From assembly GCA_029778715.1 (NCBI GenBank), contig JAKOPT010000090.1:16336-80335 (forward strand): a stretch of DNA of 64,000 bases, in the 5' to 3' direction. Under the pieces are notes generated by a model. It did no database searches. It saw only the letters and a program-made list of their open reading frames with translations, and was not told where the DNA came from. The translations under genes were made by a program, and so were the position numbers. Source of the stretch: Actinomycetes bacterium. GTDB taxonomy: Bacteria; Actinomycetota; Actinomycetes; Actinomycetales; Dermatophilaceae. This document shows positions 21,269 to 31,910 of this stretch, piece after piece. Position 1 is the stretch's first letter, and each line of letters begins with the position of its first letter.

Positions 21269-24200
21269 TCAGCCGTCGAAGAAGACGCGCTCGTATGCCG
21301 CCCGCGCGTGCCGGGTGACCCGCCGGTATTCCTCGTCGAGGGCCTGGCCGGAGCCGGGTTCACGGCGCAACACCCGCACCAGCCCTTCGAGTTCGCGCAC
21401 GTCGGAGGGTAGGGACTCCAGGGCCCGGCCGCGCAGCAGCATCCCGGCGTTGCGCAGTTGCGAGGCGAGCGTCCAGGCCTGGGCAAGCTCTTCGGCATCG
21501 GCGGCGTCGATCAGGCCCAGGGTCGCCGCCGCGGACAAGGTCGCCAGGGTGCCCGTGCCCCGCAGTTCCGGATGCGCATGACCGTGCTGCAACTGGAGCA
21601 ACTGGGCACACCACTCGACGTCCGACAACCCGCCGTGGCCCAGCTTGAAATGGGTCTTCCGGTCGGCACCACGCGGCAACCGCTCGGCCTCCATGCGTGC
21701 CTTAAGGGTGCGAATCTCGCGCACCTGCACCGGCGTCAACCCGGCCGACGGCCACCGGATCGGATCGACGAGCGCGACGAACCGCGCCCCCACCTCGGTG
21801 TCCCCGGCCAGCGGCGCGGCGCGCAGCAAGGCTTGGGCCTCCCAGACGAGGGACCAACGCTCGTAGTAGGCGGCATACGAGGCGAGCGATCGCACGATCG
21901 GCCCGTTCTTGCCCTCGGGACGCAACCCCGCGTCGATGTCCAACCGGGGGTCGGGGCCGGGCAGCCCGAGCACCCGCACCACCTCACGGACGATGTCGAG
22001 CGCCTCGTCCTGGGCCCGGTGCTCATCCGCCCCCGGCAGCGGGTCGTGGACGAAGAGGACGTCGGCGTCGCTGCCGTACCCCAGTTCGCCGCCGCCCAAC
22101 CGGCCCATCCCCACGATGAGCAGCCTCGTCGACAGCGGCCCGGTCGCCCGTTCCTGGGCGCGGATGACGACCTCGAGGGTCACGTCGAGCAACGCCGCCG
22201 CCAAATCGGTCAGCGCCGCGCCCGACTCCTCGACGCTCAACCGTCCCTCGAGGTCGGCGACCGCCAACCGGAACAGTTCGGCGCGCCGGATCGTGCGGGC
22301 CGCCAGCACCGCCGCTTCCAACTCGCGCTGCCGGCCCGCGGCGGCCCGCATCCGCCCGGCGATCTCGGCCCGGGACCGCGGTTGCACCCCCGAGCGTTCG
22401 CCGAGGAACTGCACACAATCGGGGGCCTGTTCCAACAAGTCGGCGGCAAACCGGCTCCGCCCCAGCGTGTGCGCGAGCCGTTCGGCCGCGCGCCCCTCGT
22501 CGCGCAACAACCGCAGATACCAGTGCGTCGTCCCCAACTCGTCGCTGATCCGGCGGAACGCCAACAGGCCCGCATCGGGGTCGGCCTCGTCGGCGAACCA
22601 GCCGAGCATCGCCGGCAGCAACTGCCGCTGGATGGCGGCCCGCCGGCTCACCCCCTCGGTGAGCGACCCCAGGTGTCGGAATGCCCCCTTGGGGTCACGG
22701 AACCCCAAGGCCGTGAGCCGTTCCTGCGCCTCGTCCGGGGAGAGCCGCACGTCGCTCTCGGACAACCGGGCGACGGCCGCGAGCAGCGGCCGGTAGAAGA
22801 TGCGCTCGTGCAGGCGGCGTACCTCGCGCGCGGTGGCCTTCCACTGGCGCACAATCTCACCGGCCGGGTCGCAGTGATGTCCGAGCGCCCGGCCCAGGCG
22901 CCGCAGATCGGCCTCCGCCGTCGGCATGAGATGGGTGCGCCGCATCCGCTGCATCTGGATCCGGTGTTCGAGGGTGCGCAAAAACCGGTAGGCCCGCGCC
23001 AGTGCCGCCGCATCCTCGCGCCCGACGAACCCCCCGCGTGACAGGGCTTCCAGGGCCGGCAGGGTCGATCCGGACCGCAAACTCGCGTCGGCGCGGCCGT
23101 GGACCAATTGGAGCAGTTGCACGGAGAACTCGACGTCGCGCAACCCGCCCTTGCCGAGTTTGATCTGCCGCTCGGCCTCCCCGGCAGGGACGTGTTCCTC
23201 GACCCGGCGGCGCATCGCCTGGGCATCGGTGACGAAGTTGTCCCGGCTCGCCGCCTGCCAGACCATGGGGGTGAGGGCGTCGAGATAGGCCCGGCCCACG
23301 TCCGCGTCACCGGCCACGCAGCGCGCCTTGAGCAGCGCCTGGAACTCCCACGTCTTGGCCCACCGCTCGTAATAGCGCCGGTGACTGGCCACCGTGCGCA
23401 CCAGCGGCCCCTGCTTGCCCTCGGGGCGCAACGCGGGGTCGACCTGCCACAGCGAACCCGCGGGGGTCGCCACCGAGCAGGCCCGGATCAGGGCCGTCGC
23501 CAGGTCGGTGCCGACCGCGATGGCGTCGGCTTCGCTGGCCCCCGTCCCCGGTTCGACGACGAAGATGACGTCGACATCGCTGATGTAGTTGAGTTCGCGC
23601 CCCCCGGTCTTGCCCATGCCGATGACCGCGAGCCGGGCCGCGCCGGCCCGCTCACCCATCCGGTGCCGGGCCAGCGCCAGCGCCGCTTCCAGGGCGGCCT
23701 CGGCGAGAGCCGCCAGCGCGGCGGCCGTCCCGGGCACCGTCACCGTGGGGTCGTCGGCTTCGACGTCGAGGGCGGCGATCCCCACGAGTTGGCGCCGGTA
23801 TTCGATCCGCAGCACGTCCTCCGGGGTCGGGCCGGTCCCGCCGCTTCGGCCATTGGCACCGTCGTCGTATGCCGCGGCCGCCAACACCGCGTCGACCAAC
23901 CGTTCGCGCCGCTCGGCGACGGTCAGCGAGGTCGCCGACACCAGGTCGAGGCCCTGCTCCGGGTGGGCCACGAGATGGTCGGTGAGGGCCAGGGAGGTGC
24001 CCAACACGCCGAGCAACCGGTCGCGGGCCGCCCCCGAGGTCCGCACCACGTCGAGCAGCGGCGCCCGCAAGCGCGACCCCGGCTCGCGGCATACCGACTC
24101 CAACACCCGCACCACGCCGAGGAGCGCCTGGTCGGGGTCGGCGGTCTGCGCCAACGCCCGGGCCAGCCCGTCGTCCTCGATCGCGTCCCGGCGGACGATG

Positions 24201-24307
24201 ACACTCTCCAGGACCGGGTCCCCGAGCAGCGTCAACGCCCGGCGCGCGTCGACGAACCCCAACCGGGTCAGGGCCCCCGGGATGCTCTCGGTCCGGAACG
24301 CGCTCAC
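21269..24307 (-). CDS. glnE: Glutamine synthetase adenylyltransferase/adenylyl-removing enzyme
   Basis: Two nucleotidyltransferase halves (MGKTGGRELNYISDVD; MGRLGGGELGYGSDAD); coupled to glnA2. Confidence 0.97.
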   Translation of the reverse strand: MSAFRTESIPGALTRLGFVDARRALTLLGDPVLESVIVRRDAIEDDGLARALAQTADPDQALLGVVRVLESVCREPGSRLRAPLLDVVRTSGAARDRLLGVLGTSLALTDHLVAHPEQGLDLVSATSLTVAERRERLVDAVLAAAAYDDGANGRSGGTGPTPEDVLRIEYRRQLVGIAALDVEADDPTVTVPGTAAALAALAEAALEAALALARHRMGERAGAARLAVIGMGKTGGRELNYISDVDVIFVVEPGTGASEADAIAVGTDLATALIRACSVATPAGSLWQVDPALRPEGKQGPLVRTVASHRRYYERWAKTWEFQALLKARCVAGDADVGRAYLDALTPMVWQAASRDNFVTDAQAMRRRVEEHVPAGEAERQIKLGKGGLRDVEFSVQLLQLVHGRADASLRSGSTLPALEALSRGGFVGREDAAALARAYRFLRTLEHRIQMQRMRRTHLMPTAEADLRRLGRALGHHCDPAGEIVRQWKATAREVRRLHERIFYRPLLAAVARLSESDVRLSPDEAQERLTALGFRDPKGAFRHLGSLTEGVSRRAAIQRQLLPAMLGWFADEADPDAGLLAFRRISDELGTTHWYLRLLRDEGRAAERLAHTLGRSRFAADLLEQAPDCVQFLGERSGVQPRSRAEIAGRMRAAAGRQRELEAAVLAARTIRRAELFRLAVADLEGRLSVEESGAALTDLAAALLDVTLEVVIRAQERATGPLSTRLLIVGMGRLGGGELGYGSDADVLFVHDPLPGADEHRAQDEALDIVREVVRVLGLPGPDPRLDIDAGLRPEGKNGPIVRSLASYAAYYERWSLVWEAQALLRAAPLAGDTEVGARFVALVDPIRWPSAGLTPVQVREIRTLKARMEAERLPRGADRKTHFKLGHGGLSDVEWCAQLLQLQHGHAHPELRGTGTLATLSAAATLGLIDAADAEELAQAWTLASQLRNAGMLLRGRALESLPSDVRELEGLVRVLRREPGSGQALDEEYRRVTRHARAAYERVFFDG

Positions 24308-25638
24308 AGCCGCAGGTAACGGTCGAGTTCGAACGCGGTCACCTGGGCGCGATAGTCCTCCCATTCGCGGCGCTTGTTGCGCAGGAAGAACTCGAAGGTG
24401 TGCTCGCCGAGGATATCGGCCATCAGGTCGCTGCTCTCCATGGCCGAAATGGCGCGGTTCAAGGAGGTGGGCAGCCGTTCGATGCCCATCGCCTTACGTT
24501 CGAGCCCGGTGAGGCTCCACACGTCGTCCTCAGTCTCCGGCGGCAACTCGTAACCGCCCTCGATGCCCTTCAGGCCGGCGCCCAAGATGACGGCGAAGGC
24601 GAGATACGGGTTGCAGGCCGAGTCGATCGTGCGGATTTCGATCCGGGTGCTGTTGCCCTTGTTGGGTTTGTACATCGGCACCCGGATCATCGCCGAGCGG
24701 TTGTTGTGGCCCCAGGTGAGGTGCGCCGGCGCCTCTCCCCCGCCCCAGAGCCGCTTGTAACTGTTGACCCACTGATTGGTCACGGCGGTGATCTCGGGCC
24801 CGTGCCGCAAGATGCCGGCAATGAACTGGCGCCCGATCGCGGACAACTGGTAGGGCGCCCCCGGCTCGTGGAAGGCGTTGCGGTCCCCCTCGAACAGGCT
24901 CAGGTGGGTGTGCATCCCCGACCCCGGGTGCTGGGCGAACGGTTTGGGCATGAACGTCGCGAGGATCCCTTGTTCGAGGGCGACCTCCTTGACGACGGTG
25001 CGGAAGGTCATGATGTTGTCGGCCATCGACAAGGCGTCGGCATAGCGCAGGTCGATCTCGTTCTGGCCCGGCGCGCCCTCGTGGTGGCTGAACTCCACCG
25101 AGATGCCCATGGCCTCGAGCATGGTGATCGCGGCCCGCCGGAAGTCGTGACCGGTGCCGTGCGGGACGTGGTCGAAGTAGCCGGCCTGGTCGACCGGCAC
25201 CGGGATGCCGCCGGGCCCGGGCTGATCGCGCAGCAGGAAGAACTCGATCTCGGGGTGCACGTAGAAGGTGAAGCCGAGGTCGGCGGCCTTGGCGAGCGCC
25301 CGCTGGAGGACGTTGCGCGGGTCGGCGAGGCTCGGGGTGCCGTCGGGCAAGGTGATGTCGCAGAACATCCGCGCGGTCCCCGGGTTCTCCCCCCGCCAGG
25401 GCAGCACCTGGAAGGTTGCCGGGTCGGGTTTGGCGAGCATGTCGGCCTCGTAGACCCGCGCGAACCCCTCGATGACCGACCCGTCGAACCCGATCCCCTC
25501 GTCGAAGGCCCCCTCCAGTTCGGCCGGCGCGACCGCCACCGACTTCAAGGTCCCCAAGACGTCGGTGAACCACAACCGCACGAAGCGGATGTCCCGCTCC
25601 TCGATGGTGCGGAGGACGAACTCCTGCTGACGATCCAT
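24304..25638 (-). CDS. glnA2: Glutamine synthetase-like protein GlnA2
   Basis: MDRQQEFVLRT start, FDGS, HHE, FMPKP; lacks the adenylylated Tyr motif. Confidence 0.93.
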   Translation of the reverse strand: MDRQQEFVLRTIEERDIRFVRLWFTDVLGTLKSVAVAPAELEGAFDEGIGFDGSVIEGFARVYEADMLAKPDPATFQVLPWRGENPGTARMFCDITLPDGTPSLADPRNVLQRALAKAADLGFTFYVHPEIEFFLLRDQPGPGGIPVPVDQAGYFDHVPHGTGHDFRRAAITMLEAMGISVEFSHHEGAPGQNEIDLRYADALSMADNIMTFRTVVKEVALEQGILATFMPKPFAQHPGSGMHTHLSLFEGDRNAFHEPGAPYQLSAIGRQFIAGILRHGPEITAVTNQWVNSYKRLWGGGEAPAHLTWGHNNRSAMIRVPMYKPNKGNSTRIEIRTIDSACNPYLAFAVILGAGLKGIEGGYELPPETEDDVWSLTGLERKAMGIERLPTSLNRAISAMESSDLMADILGEHTFEFFLRNKRREWEDYRAQVTAFELDRYLRL

Positions 25639-25661
25639 GATCGGCATCTTTCCCCATCCGT

Positions 25662-25677
25662 GTTTCGCGTGGGTTAC
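25662..25677 (-). promoter_or_regulatory. GlnR box upstream of glnA2
   Basis: GTAAC-N6-GAAAC on the minus strand. Confidence 0.7.
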
Positions 25678-25683
25678 CGACGT

Positions 25684-25722
25684 CCGAAGGCCCCGCACCC
25701 GGGCTGGGTGCGGGGCCTTCGG
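25684..25722. terminator. Hairpin downstream of the M6 protease gene
   Basis: Perfect 17-bp stem CCGAAGGCCCCGCACCC / GGGTGCGGGGCCTTCGG. Confidence 0.75.
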
Positions 25723-25799
25723 GTATGCCGCCGAGCGGGCCTGCGGGCCCAACTAGCGCTGGCGAGCCGGCCGGGTCGGCAGACCCGGCCGGCCGGTGC

Positions 25800-28082
25800 T
25801 CACTTGGTGAACCGCACCTTGAGCAACAGTTCGTCGCCCTTGGTTTGGTGGACGGTGATGCTGGTGCCGGTGCCGGCGACCTTGACCGAATTCATCTTGT
25901 TCGCCGCGGACCAGTAGCGGTTCGGGTTCGCGTCGTCGAACGTCGGGATCGCCGGCTGGGCGGGCACCGAAACGGCCACGCCGTTGCGGTGGAAGGTCAC
26001 CGGGTCGGTGGCCTCCTGCCCGAAGGTCGCGTCGAAGACCTGGCGCCGGTTGCCCAGGAGGCGGCCGTCGGGGAACGCGATCGGTGTCGGCCGGGCGTCG
26101 ACCGGCAGGGCCCAACCGCTGCCCGGGTGGGCCGAGGTGTTGTTGTCCTTCTGCGTGTTGTCGACGTACCAGACGAGCAGACCGTTCTGGTAGGGGAACT
26201 TCTCGACCCAGTTGGGCTTGGTCGTGCCCCAGCCGAAGTTGTACGGGCCGCTCTTGAGGTTGGCGTCGTACCCGGCATACACCCGGTTCTCGGCGAGGTA
26301 GTACTGCGTGGCCTTCGTCGTCACCGAGCCGTTGATCCGCGAGTAGACGACCGCGGTCCAGCCGTTGTCGCCGTTCTCGACGTTGTCGCTGAAGACGGTG
26401 GCGCCGTTGGCGCTGACGCTGATGTCGTCGAGGAAGGACCCGGCGTAGTTGAGGCCGCCGTCGTTGGTGTTGCGGAAGCGCACCTGCACCGACTTGCCGG
26501 CGAATGCCGACAGATCCCAGGACTTCTGAACCCACTCTCGCGAGCGCCCGCTGATTTGCTCCAGGACGGTCCAGGTCGCGCCGCCGTCACCGGAGGCTTC
26601 GACGAAGAGCCAGTCATAGCCTTCTTCGGTGTCGTTCCACAGCCACGCGCCCAGCGACGCCGACGACTTGCCGGTGAGGTCGACGGTGCGGGTGAGCGAG
26701 GAGCGCAGGTCGTTGGCCGCGCCGCTCCACCATTCGTTGCTCGCGCTGTGCGGAGTGTTGTAGGTCGTCGTCACCGACTTGTCGGGCAGGTTCACCAGAA
26801 GCGCCTGCGGTCGGTTCTTGCCATCTCGGTCGGCAGGACCGATCCAGTAGTTGTCATCGACGCGGTAGGGAGCGCGCTTGTAGTCGAGCCAGCCGAGGAG
26901 CAACTTCTCATGCGGACCCAGGTAGCCCGGGGCGGTGCCGATGTCGTTGGCCCCCGCCTTGCTCAGCCAGGAACCGGCGGACATGAGGGTCCAGAACCCG
27001 GTGCCGTTGTCGCCGCCCGCGGTGTCGTAGTAGTCCGCGAGGCCGAGGTCGTGGCCGAACTCGTGGGTGAACACACCGAGGCCGCCGTTTTCCGGTTCGG
27101 TTGTGTAGTCACCGACCCAAATACCGGTGTTGCCGATCTGGGCACCCCCGGCGGGGTTGGCTGCGGGGCCGGTGACGCCGACCTTGTCCGCGTTGACGTA
27201 CCAGCGGTGCGACCAGATGGCGTCATCGCCTTGCGCGCCGCCACCGGCCTCTTCGCCCTCCCCGGCGTGGATGGCCTGGAAGTGGTCGATGTAGCCGTCG
27301 GGCTCGTTGTAGTTGCCGTCTCCGTCGTAGTCGTAGCGGTCGACCTGGTCGAACTGCTTGAGGTATGCCGTGATCTCGGCATCACTCTTGCCGGCCGCCT
27401 TCTGCGCGTTGTACCACGCGGTGACGGTGTCCGTAACGTAGGCCCAGTAGCCCTCGGTTTCGTGGTCGTTGTTGCCGTAGCGGGCCTCGTTGTAGGGAAC
27501 CTTCACCCAGTCGCTGATGTCGCCCTTGGCGAGGAAACGGCCGTTGGACTGCTTGAGGTAGAAGTCCTTGAAAGACTCCCCGCTGCCGAACATCATCTGC
27601 TGGTAGTGCGTCTTGGAGAAGTCCGAGAGCCAGTAGGTCGAGTTGTTCGTCGTCCGGTCCGGGGCCGGGATCTGGTTGTGCAAGGGCCCGGCGTCCCCGC
27701 CGTACTTCGTCTGGTCACCGAACTCGGAGAGGATGGTGAAGATCGACTCCTCACGGTCCGTGGGGTACCACACGTACTTGTTCTTGCCCTTGTTGGCCGC
27801 GGAGTTGCCCAGGTCGATGGTGCGGTTGCGTCCGGTCCCGACGAACTTGGCGGTGCCGGTCGCCAGCGCCTCGGCTGCCGCCTTGCGCCGCTCCCGTTGT
27901 TGGTCACCGAGGGGGTGAGATCGGTCGTCGCGTGAGCCCGCGGTAGCGACGTCTTTGGCAGGGGGCGCGCCGTCGGCGGCGGGCGGCGAGGCCGGGGCTT
28001 GAGGGGTCAGGGTGAGGGCCAAGGCGGCGGTGGCCGCGCCGGCCAAGACCCGCAGGCTTCCCCGGTGGAATCGATGTGTCAC
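25800..28082 (-). CDS. Secreted M6 family metalloprotease (immune inhibitor A-like)
   Basis: Signal peptide, IWSHRW, HEFGHDLGLADYYD, WTLMSAGSW. Confidence 0.93.
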   Translation of the reverse strand: MTHRFHRGSLRVLAGAATAALALTLTPQAPASPPAADGAPPAKDVATAGSRDDRSHPLGDQQRERRKAAAEALATGTAKFVGTGRNRTIDLGNSAANKGKNKYVWYPTDREESIFTILSEFGDQTKYGGDAGPLHNQIPAPDRTTNNSTYWLSDFSKTHYQQMMFGSGESFKDFYLKQSNGRFLAKGDISDWVKVPYNEARYGNNDHETEGYWAYVTDTVTAWYNAQKAAGKSDAEITAYLKQFDQVDRYDYDGDGNYNEPDGYIDHFQAIHAGEGEEAGGGAQGDDAIWSHRWYVNADKVGVTGPAANPAGGAQIGNTGIWVGDYTTEPENGGLGVFTHEFGHDLGLADYYDTAGGDNGTGFWTLMSAGSWLSKAGANDIGTAPGYLGPHEKLLLGWLDYKRAPYRVDDNYWIGPADRDGKNRPQALLVNLPDKSVTTTYNTPHSASNEWWSGAANDLRSSLTRTVDLTGKSSASLGAWLWNDTEEGYDWLFVEASGDGGATWTVLEQISGRSREWVQKSWDLSAFAGKSVQVRFRNTNDGGLNYAGSFLDDISVSANGATVFSDNVENGDNGWTAVVYSRINGSVTTKATQYYLAENRVYAGYDANLKSGPYNFGWGTTKPNWVEKFPYQNGLLVWYVDNTQKDNNTSAHPGSGWALPVDARPTPIAFPDGRLLGNRRQVFDATFGQEATDPVTFHRNGVAVSVPAQPAIPTFDDANPNRYWSAANKMNSVKVAGTGTSITVHQTKGDELLLKVRFTK

Positions 28083-28299
28083 GAGTTCTCCTCCGTTGGA
28101 TCACGGCACCCCTACGGTCAGATAACGGGCGCCGAACACGACCCAACCACCGTTCGCCGGATGAGAAAAGGCCCGAACGAGTAAATTCTTGGTCAGAGAA
28201 TGGCCATCTAGCACCCCCCATCGATGCCGAGCGGCCGCTGGTCCTCACCCCGCCGTCCCACAAGACCCACAGACGGGGTCACGTCGATAGCCTTGGGCC

Positions 28300-29184
28300 A
28301 TGACCGACACCTCCGGTGGCACCGCCGCCGTCCCGGCCCCTGAAACCACCGCGCCCTACGGCACCGGCGCCCAGGCCGCCCCGCAACGACGGGTGCGCAT
28401 CCCGCACCTGCTCGCCATGAAGGCCGAGGGTCGCAAGTGGGCGATGCTCACGGCATACGACATGTACACGGCCGAGATTTTCGACCACGCCGGCATCCCG
28501 GTGCTCCTCGTCGGGGACTCGGCCGGCAACAACGTCTACGGCTTCGAGACCACGGTCCCGGTGACCGTCGACCACCTCATCCCGCTGTGCCGGGCGGTGA
28601 CGAGCGCCGCTCAGCACGCCATGGTCGTCGCCGACCTGCCCTTCGGGTCCTATCAGGCGAGCCCGCAGCAGGCGCTGGCCACCGCGACCCGGTTCATGAA
28701 GGAGGGCCTGGCGCACGCGGTCAAACTCGAGGGGGGCAAGGCGATGGTGCCCGAGGTCGAGCTTCTCGTCCGGGCCGGCATCCCCGTCATGGGCCACATC
28801 GGGTTCACCCCACAAAGCGAGCACGTACTCGGCGGCTACCGGGTCCAGGGCCGCGGTGACGCCGCCGACCGGCTCCTCGACGACGCCCTCGCGCTCCAAG
28901 CAGCCGGGTGTTTCGCGGTCGTCATGGAAATGGTGCCGACCCCGGCCGCGGCCCGGGTGACGCAGGAACTCTCGATCCCGACCATCGGCATCGGGGCCGG
29001 GCCGGAGTGCGACGCCCAGGTGCTGGTCTGGCAGGACATGGCCGGGCTGCGGGGTGGGCGGGCGCCGCGGTTCGTCAAGAAGTACGCGAACCTGCGTGGC
29101 GATCTTGAGGCCGCCGCGATGGCGTATGCCGCTGACGTGGCGGCGGGCACGTTCCCGGGCCCCGAGCACAGTTTCGAGGCATAG
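28300..29184 (+). CDS. panB: 3-methyl-2-oxobutanoate hydroxymethyltransferase
   Basis: [32 protein letters not shown]. Confidence 0.98.
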   Translation: MTDTSGGTAAVPAPETTAPYGTGAQAAPQRRVRIPHLLAMKAEGRKWAMLTAYDMYTAEIFDHAGIPVLLVGDSAGNNVYGFETTVPVTVDHLIPLCRAVTSAAQHAMVVADLPFGSYQASPQQALATATRFMKEGLAHAVKLEGGKAMVPEVELLVRAGIPVMGHIGFTPQSEHVLGGYRVQGRGDAADRLLDDALALQAAGCFAVVMEMVPTPAAARVTQELSIPTIGIGAGPECDAQVLVWQDMAGLRGGRAPRFVKKYANLRGDLEAAAMAYAADVAAGTFPGPEHSFEA

Positions 29185-29205
29185 CCGGCCCGGGTCGAGA
29201 GCACC

Positions 29206-29400
29206 TCAGTCCTTGGGTGCAGCGCCCCGCTCGTCCCACTCGCGGTCTTCCTCGTCCCAGCGCTCGGTGTTCTCCCGGGCAGTTTCGAGGGCCCGGCGAG
29301 CCTCGTCCTCGGTGCCGTAGGGGCCGAGGACGTCCGCGCCCTGGCCGCGCGTGTCGTCGGTTTCGACTGCCCCGGTCCCGAGGTTGTACCAGTAGGCCAC
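29206..29400 (-). CDS. Small acidic protein (64 aa), divergent from map
   Basis: AAGGAG RBS then GTG; [13 protein letters not shown]...LGPY.TE.EA..AL..ARE.TE.WDEED resembles small actinobacterial proteins. Confidence 0.75.
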   Translation of the reverse strand: MAYWYNLGTGAVETDDTRGQGADVLGPYGTEDEARRALETARENTERWDEEDREWDERGAAPKD

Positions 29401-29466
29401 GGTGTGCTCCTTCGTCTCGACCCCGCCGGTGGGGGTTGGCCGGGTTCCCTGCCTAGACTCCACCGT

Positions 29467-30330
29467 ATGCCGTCCCACCGCGCCCGTGTCGAACCGGGGC
29501 TGATCTCGCCGCGGCGGCTCGTGCCCTCGACGATCGCCCGTCCGCCCTATGTCGACGGCGAGGACCCCGTCAAGAGCGGCGGCTCGGAGGTGCGAGACGC
29601 CGAGACGATCGCCAAGATGCGGGTCGCCGGCCGCGTCGCGGCCCAGGCCCTCGCGGCTGCGGCGTCGGTCATCGCCCCTGGCGTCACCACCGACGAAATC
29701 GACCGGGTGGGGCACGAGTTCCTCCTCGACCATGGCGCCTACCCATCGACGCTGGGCTACAAGGGGTTCCCCAAGTCGTTGTGCACCTCCGTCAACGAGG
29801 TGATCTGTCACGGCATACCCGATAGCCGCCCGCTGGAGGAGGGTGACATCGTCAACATCGACATCACCGCCTACCTCGACGGGGTCCACGGCGACACCGA
29901 CGCGACCTACCTCGTCGGCGAGGTCGACGAGGTGTCTCGCCTGCTTGTCGAACGCACCCGTGAGGCGATGATGCGGGGCATCAAGGCCGCACTCCCGGGG
30001 CGCCAGATCAACATCATCGGCCGCGTCATCGAGTCGTACGCGCGCCGCTTCGGCTACGGGGTCGTGCGCGACTTCACCGGGCACGGGATCGGCACCGAGT
30101 TCCACTCCGGCCTGGTCATCCCGCACTACGACACCGCCCCGGCGTACGCCCAGGTGATCGAGCCCGGGATGACCTTCACCATTGAACCGATGCTCAACCT
30201 GGGCACCCACGAATGGGACATGTGGGACGACGGTTGGACGGTGGTGACCAAGGATCGACGCCGATCCGCCCAGTTCGAGCACACGATCCTCATCACCGAG
30301 ACCGCCAACGAAATCCTCACCTTGCCCTAG
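29467..30330 (+). CDS. map: Type I methionine aminopeptidase
   Basis: [35 protein letters not shown]. Confidence 0.97.
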   Translation: MPSHRARVEPGLISPRRLVPSTIARPPYVDGEDPVKSGGSEVRDAETIAKMRVAGRVAAQALAAAASVIAPGVTTDEIDRVGHEFLLDHGAYPSTLGYKGFPKSLCTSVNEVICHGIPDSRPLEEGDIVNIDITAYLDGVHGDTDATYLVGEVDEVSRLLVERTREAMMRGIKAALPGRQINIIGRVIESYARRFGYGVVRDFTGHGIGTEFHSGLVIPHYDTAPAYAQVIEPGMTFTIEPMLNLGTHEWDMWDDGWTVVTKDRRRSAQFEHTILITETANEILTLP

Positions 30331-30348
30331 CCCGCCGAAGGAGTTCCC

Positions 30349-31137
30349 ATGACCGTCACCACCCCTCTCCCGTTGGGTATCGACGTGGGCGGCAGCGGCA
30401 TCAAGGGGGCCCCCGTCGACCTGGACGCCGGCGCCCTGACGACCGAACGGCTGCGCATCGACACCCCCGAGCACTCGACGCCCGCGGCGGTCGCCGATGT
30501 CATCGCGCGGATTGTCGACGCTTTCACCGACGAGATCGGGCCGGGCGCACCGATCGGGGTGACGATTCCTGGGGTCGTCATGCACGGAGTCGTCAAGACG
30601 GCGGCGAACATCGACTCCTCGTGGATCGACTGCCCGATCGAGGATCTCCTCGAACAGCGCCTCGGCCGGGACATCGTGGTCGTCAACGACGCCGACGCCG
30701 CCGGCGTCGGCGAGTTGCAGCACGGCGCCGCGGCGGGGCGCTCCGGGCTCGTCATCGTCACCACGTTGGGCACCGGCATCGGCACCGCGATGCTCTACGA
30801 CGGGGTGCTCGTCCCCAACTCCGAGTTCGGCCACCTGGAGGTCGACGGGCAGGACGCCGAGAGCCGCGCCGCCGCCTCGGCCCGCAACCGCGACGCGTTG
30901 GGGTGGCGGGAGTATGCCGCCCGCCTGAGCCGCTACTACCAGGCCCTGGAGTCGGTGACCTGGCCCGATCTGTTCGTCGTGGGTGGGGGCATTTCCCGGC
31001 GGGCAGACAAGTTCCTCCCGCTCATCGAGTGCCGCACTCCCCTGGTGGCCGCGAGCCTGGCCAACACCGCGGGCATCATCGGGGCCGCGCGCCTGGCCGC
31101 CGATGCCCAAGGGGAGCGCGGACGGCATACGGCCTAG
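30349..31137 (+). CDS. ppgK: Polyphosphate glucokinase (ROK family)
   Basis: [31 protein letters not shown]. Confidence 0.93.
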   Translation: MTVTTPLPLGIDVGGSGIKGAPVDLDAGALTTERLRIDTPEHSTPAAVADVIARIVDAFTDEIGPGAPIGVTIPGVVMHGVVKTAANIDSSWIDCPIEDLLEQRLGRDIVVVNDADAAGVGELQHGAAAGRSGLVIVTTLGTGIGTAMLYDGVLVPNSEFGHLEVDGQDAESRAAASARNRDALGWREYAARLSRYYQALESVTWPDLFVVGGGISRRADKFLPLIECRTPLVAASLANTAGIIGAARLAADAQGERGRHTA

Positions 31138-31149
31138 GAACCGGCGGCC

Positions 31150-31800
31150 TCACCCGAAGGTGACCGGTCCGGCGCCGCGGAGGTCTCGGATGTCGGTGTC
31201 CGGGCAGCCCAGGCTGCCCGCCTGCGAGAGGTAGAGGGCGCGCCCAAGCTCGGAGAGCAGGGCGTCGTGAATGGGGAACGCGTGCGGGGCGGCGAGACGG
31301 CGAAGGAACGCCGTCATCTCCCGGCTGCGTTGCCACGGTGCGTTGAGCGGGAAGGCGAGGACGTCGACATCGCCGGGTTCGGCGTCGAGGGCATCCCCGG
31401 GATGAAAGAAGGTGGGTTCTCCCTCCGCGGTGATGCGCACCCCGACGTTGGCGATGCGCGGAATGTCCTCGTGGATGAGGGCATGGAGGTGCCCCACGGG
31501 TGTCAAGGTGACGGCACCGACGGTGGTGCCGTCGGTGGGATGCAGGTCGGCCGCGATCCCGAGGCCGGCGAGCACCGGCTGGCTCTGGGGGTCGCACAGG
31601 ACCCTGGCCCCTGGGTTGGCGCGCACGAGGGCGGGCAGCCGGGTGACGTCGAGATGGTCGGGATGTTGATGGGTGACGACGATGGCATCGAGGTCGCGCA
31701 CGCCGGTGAAATCGTCGGCGAAACCGCCTGGGTCGATGAGGATGCGGACATCGGCGGTCTCAACGAGGACGCAGGCGTGGCCGATGTGGGTCAGGTCCAT
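31150..31800 (-). CDS. MBL-fold metallo-hydrolase
   Basis: THQHPDH, HPGD, PIHD. Confidence 0.9.
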   Translation of the reverse strand: MDLTHIGHACVLVETADVRILIDPGGFADDFTGVRDLDAIVVTHQHPDHLDVTRLPALVRANPGARVLCDPQSQPVLAGLGIAADLHPTDGTTVGAVTLTPVGHLHALIHEDIPRIANVGVRITAEGEPTFFHPGDALDAEPGDVDVLAFPLNAPWQRSREMTAFLRRLAAPHAFPIHDALLSELGRALYLSQAGSLGCPDTDIRDLRGAGPVTFG

Positions 31801-31910
31801 GCGCTCAACATAGCGGCGCGACGCGCCCACGTCCCTCCTGTGACGTCAGTGACAGATGGGTTGCACTGACGTAGCGTGGGGCGAGTAGTCGCTGAGGAGA
31901 GGGGTCGACC

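Noticed and set aside
25800-28082. Horizontally acquired toxin island around the M6 protease
   Set aside because: No mobility genes or flanking repeats; it carries the resident 8-mer and the family is common in actinomycetes
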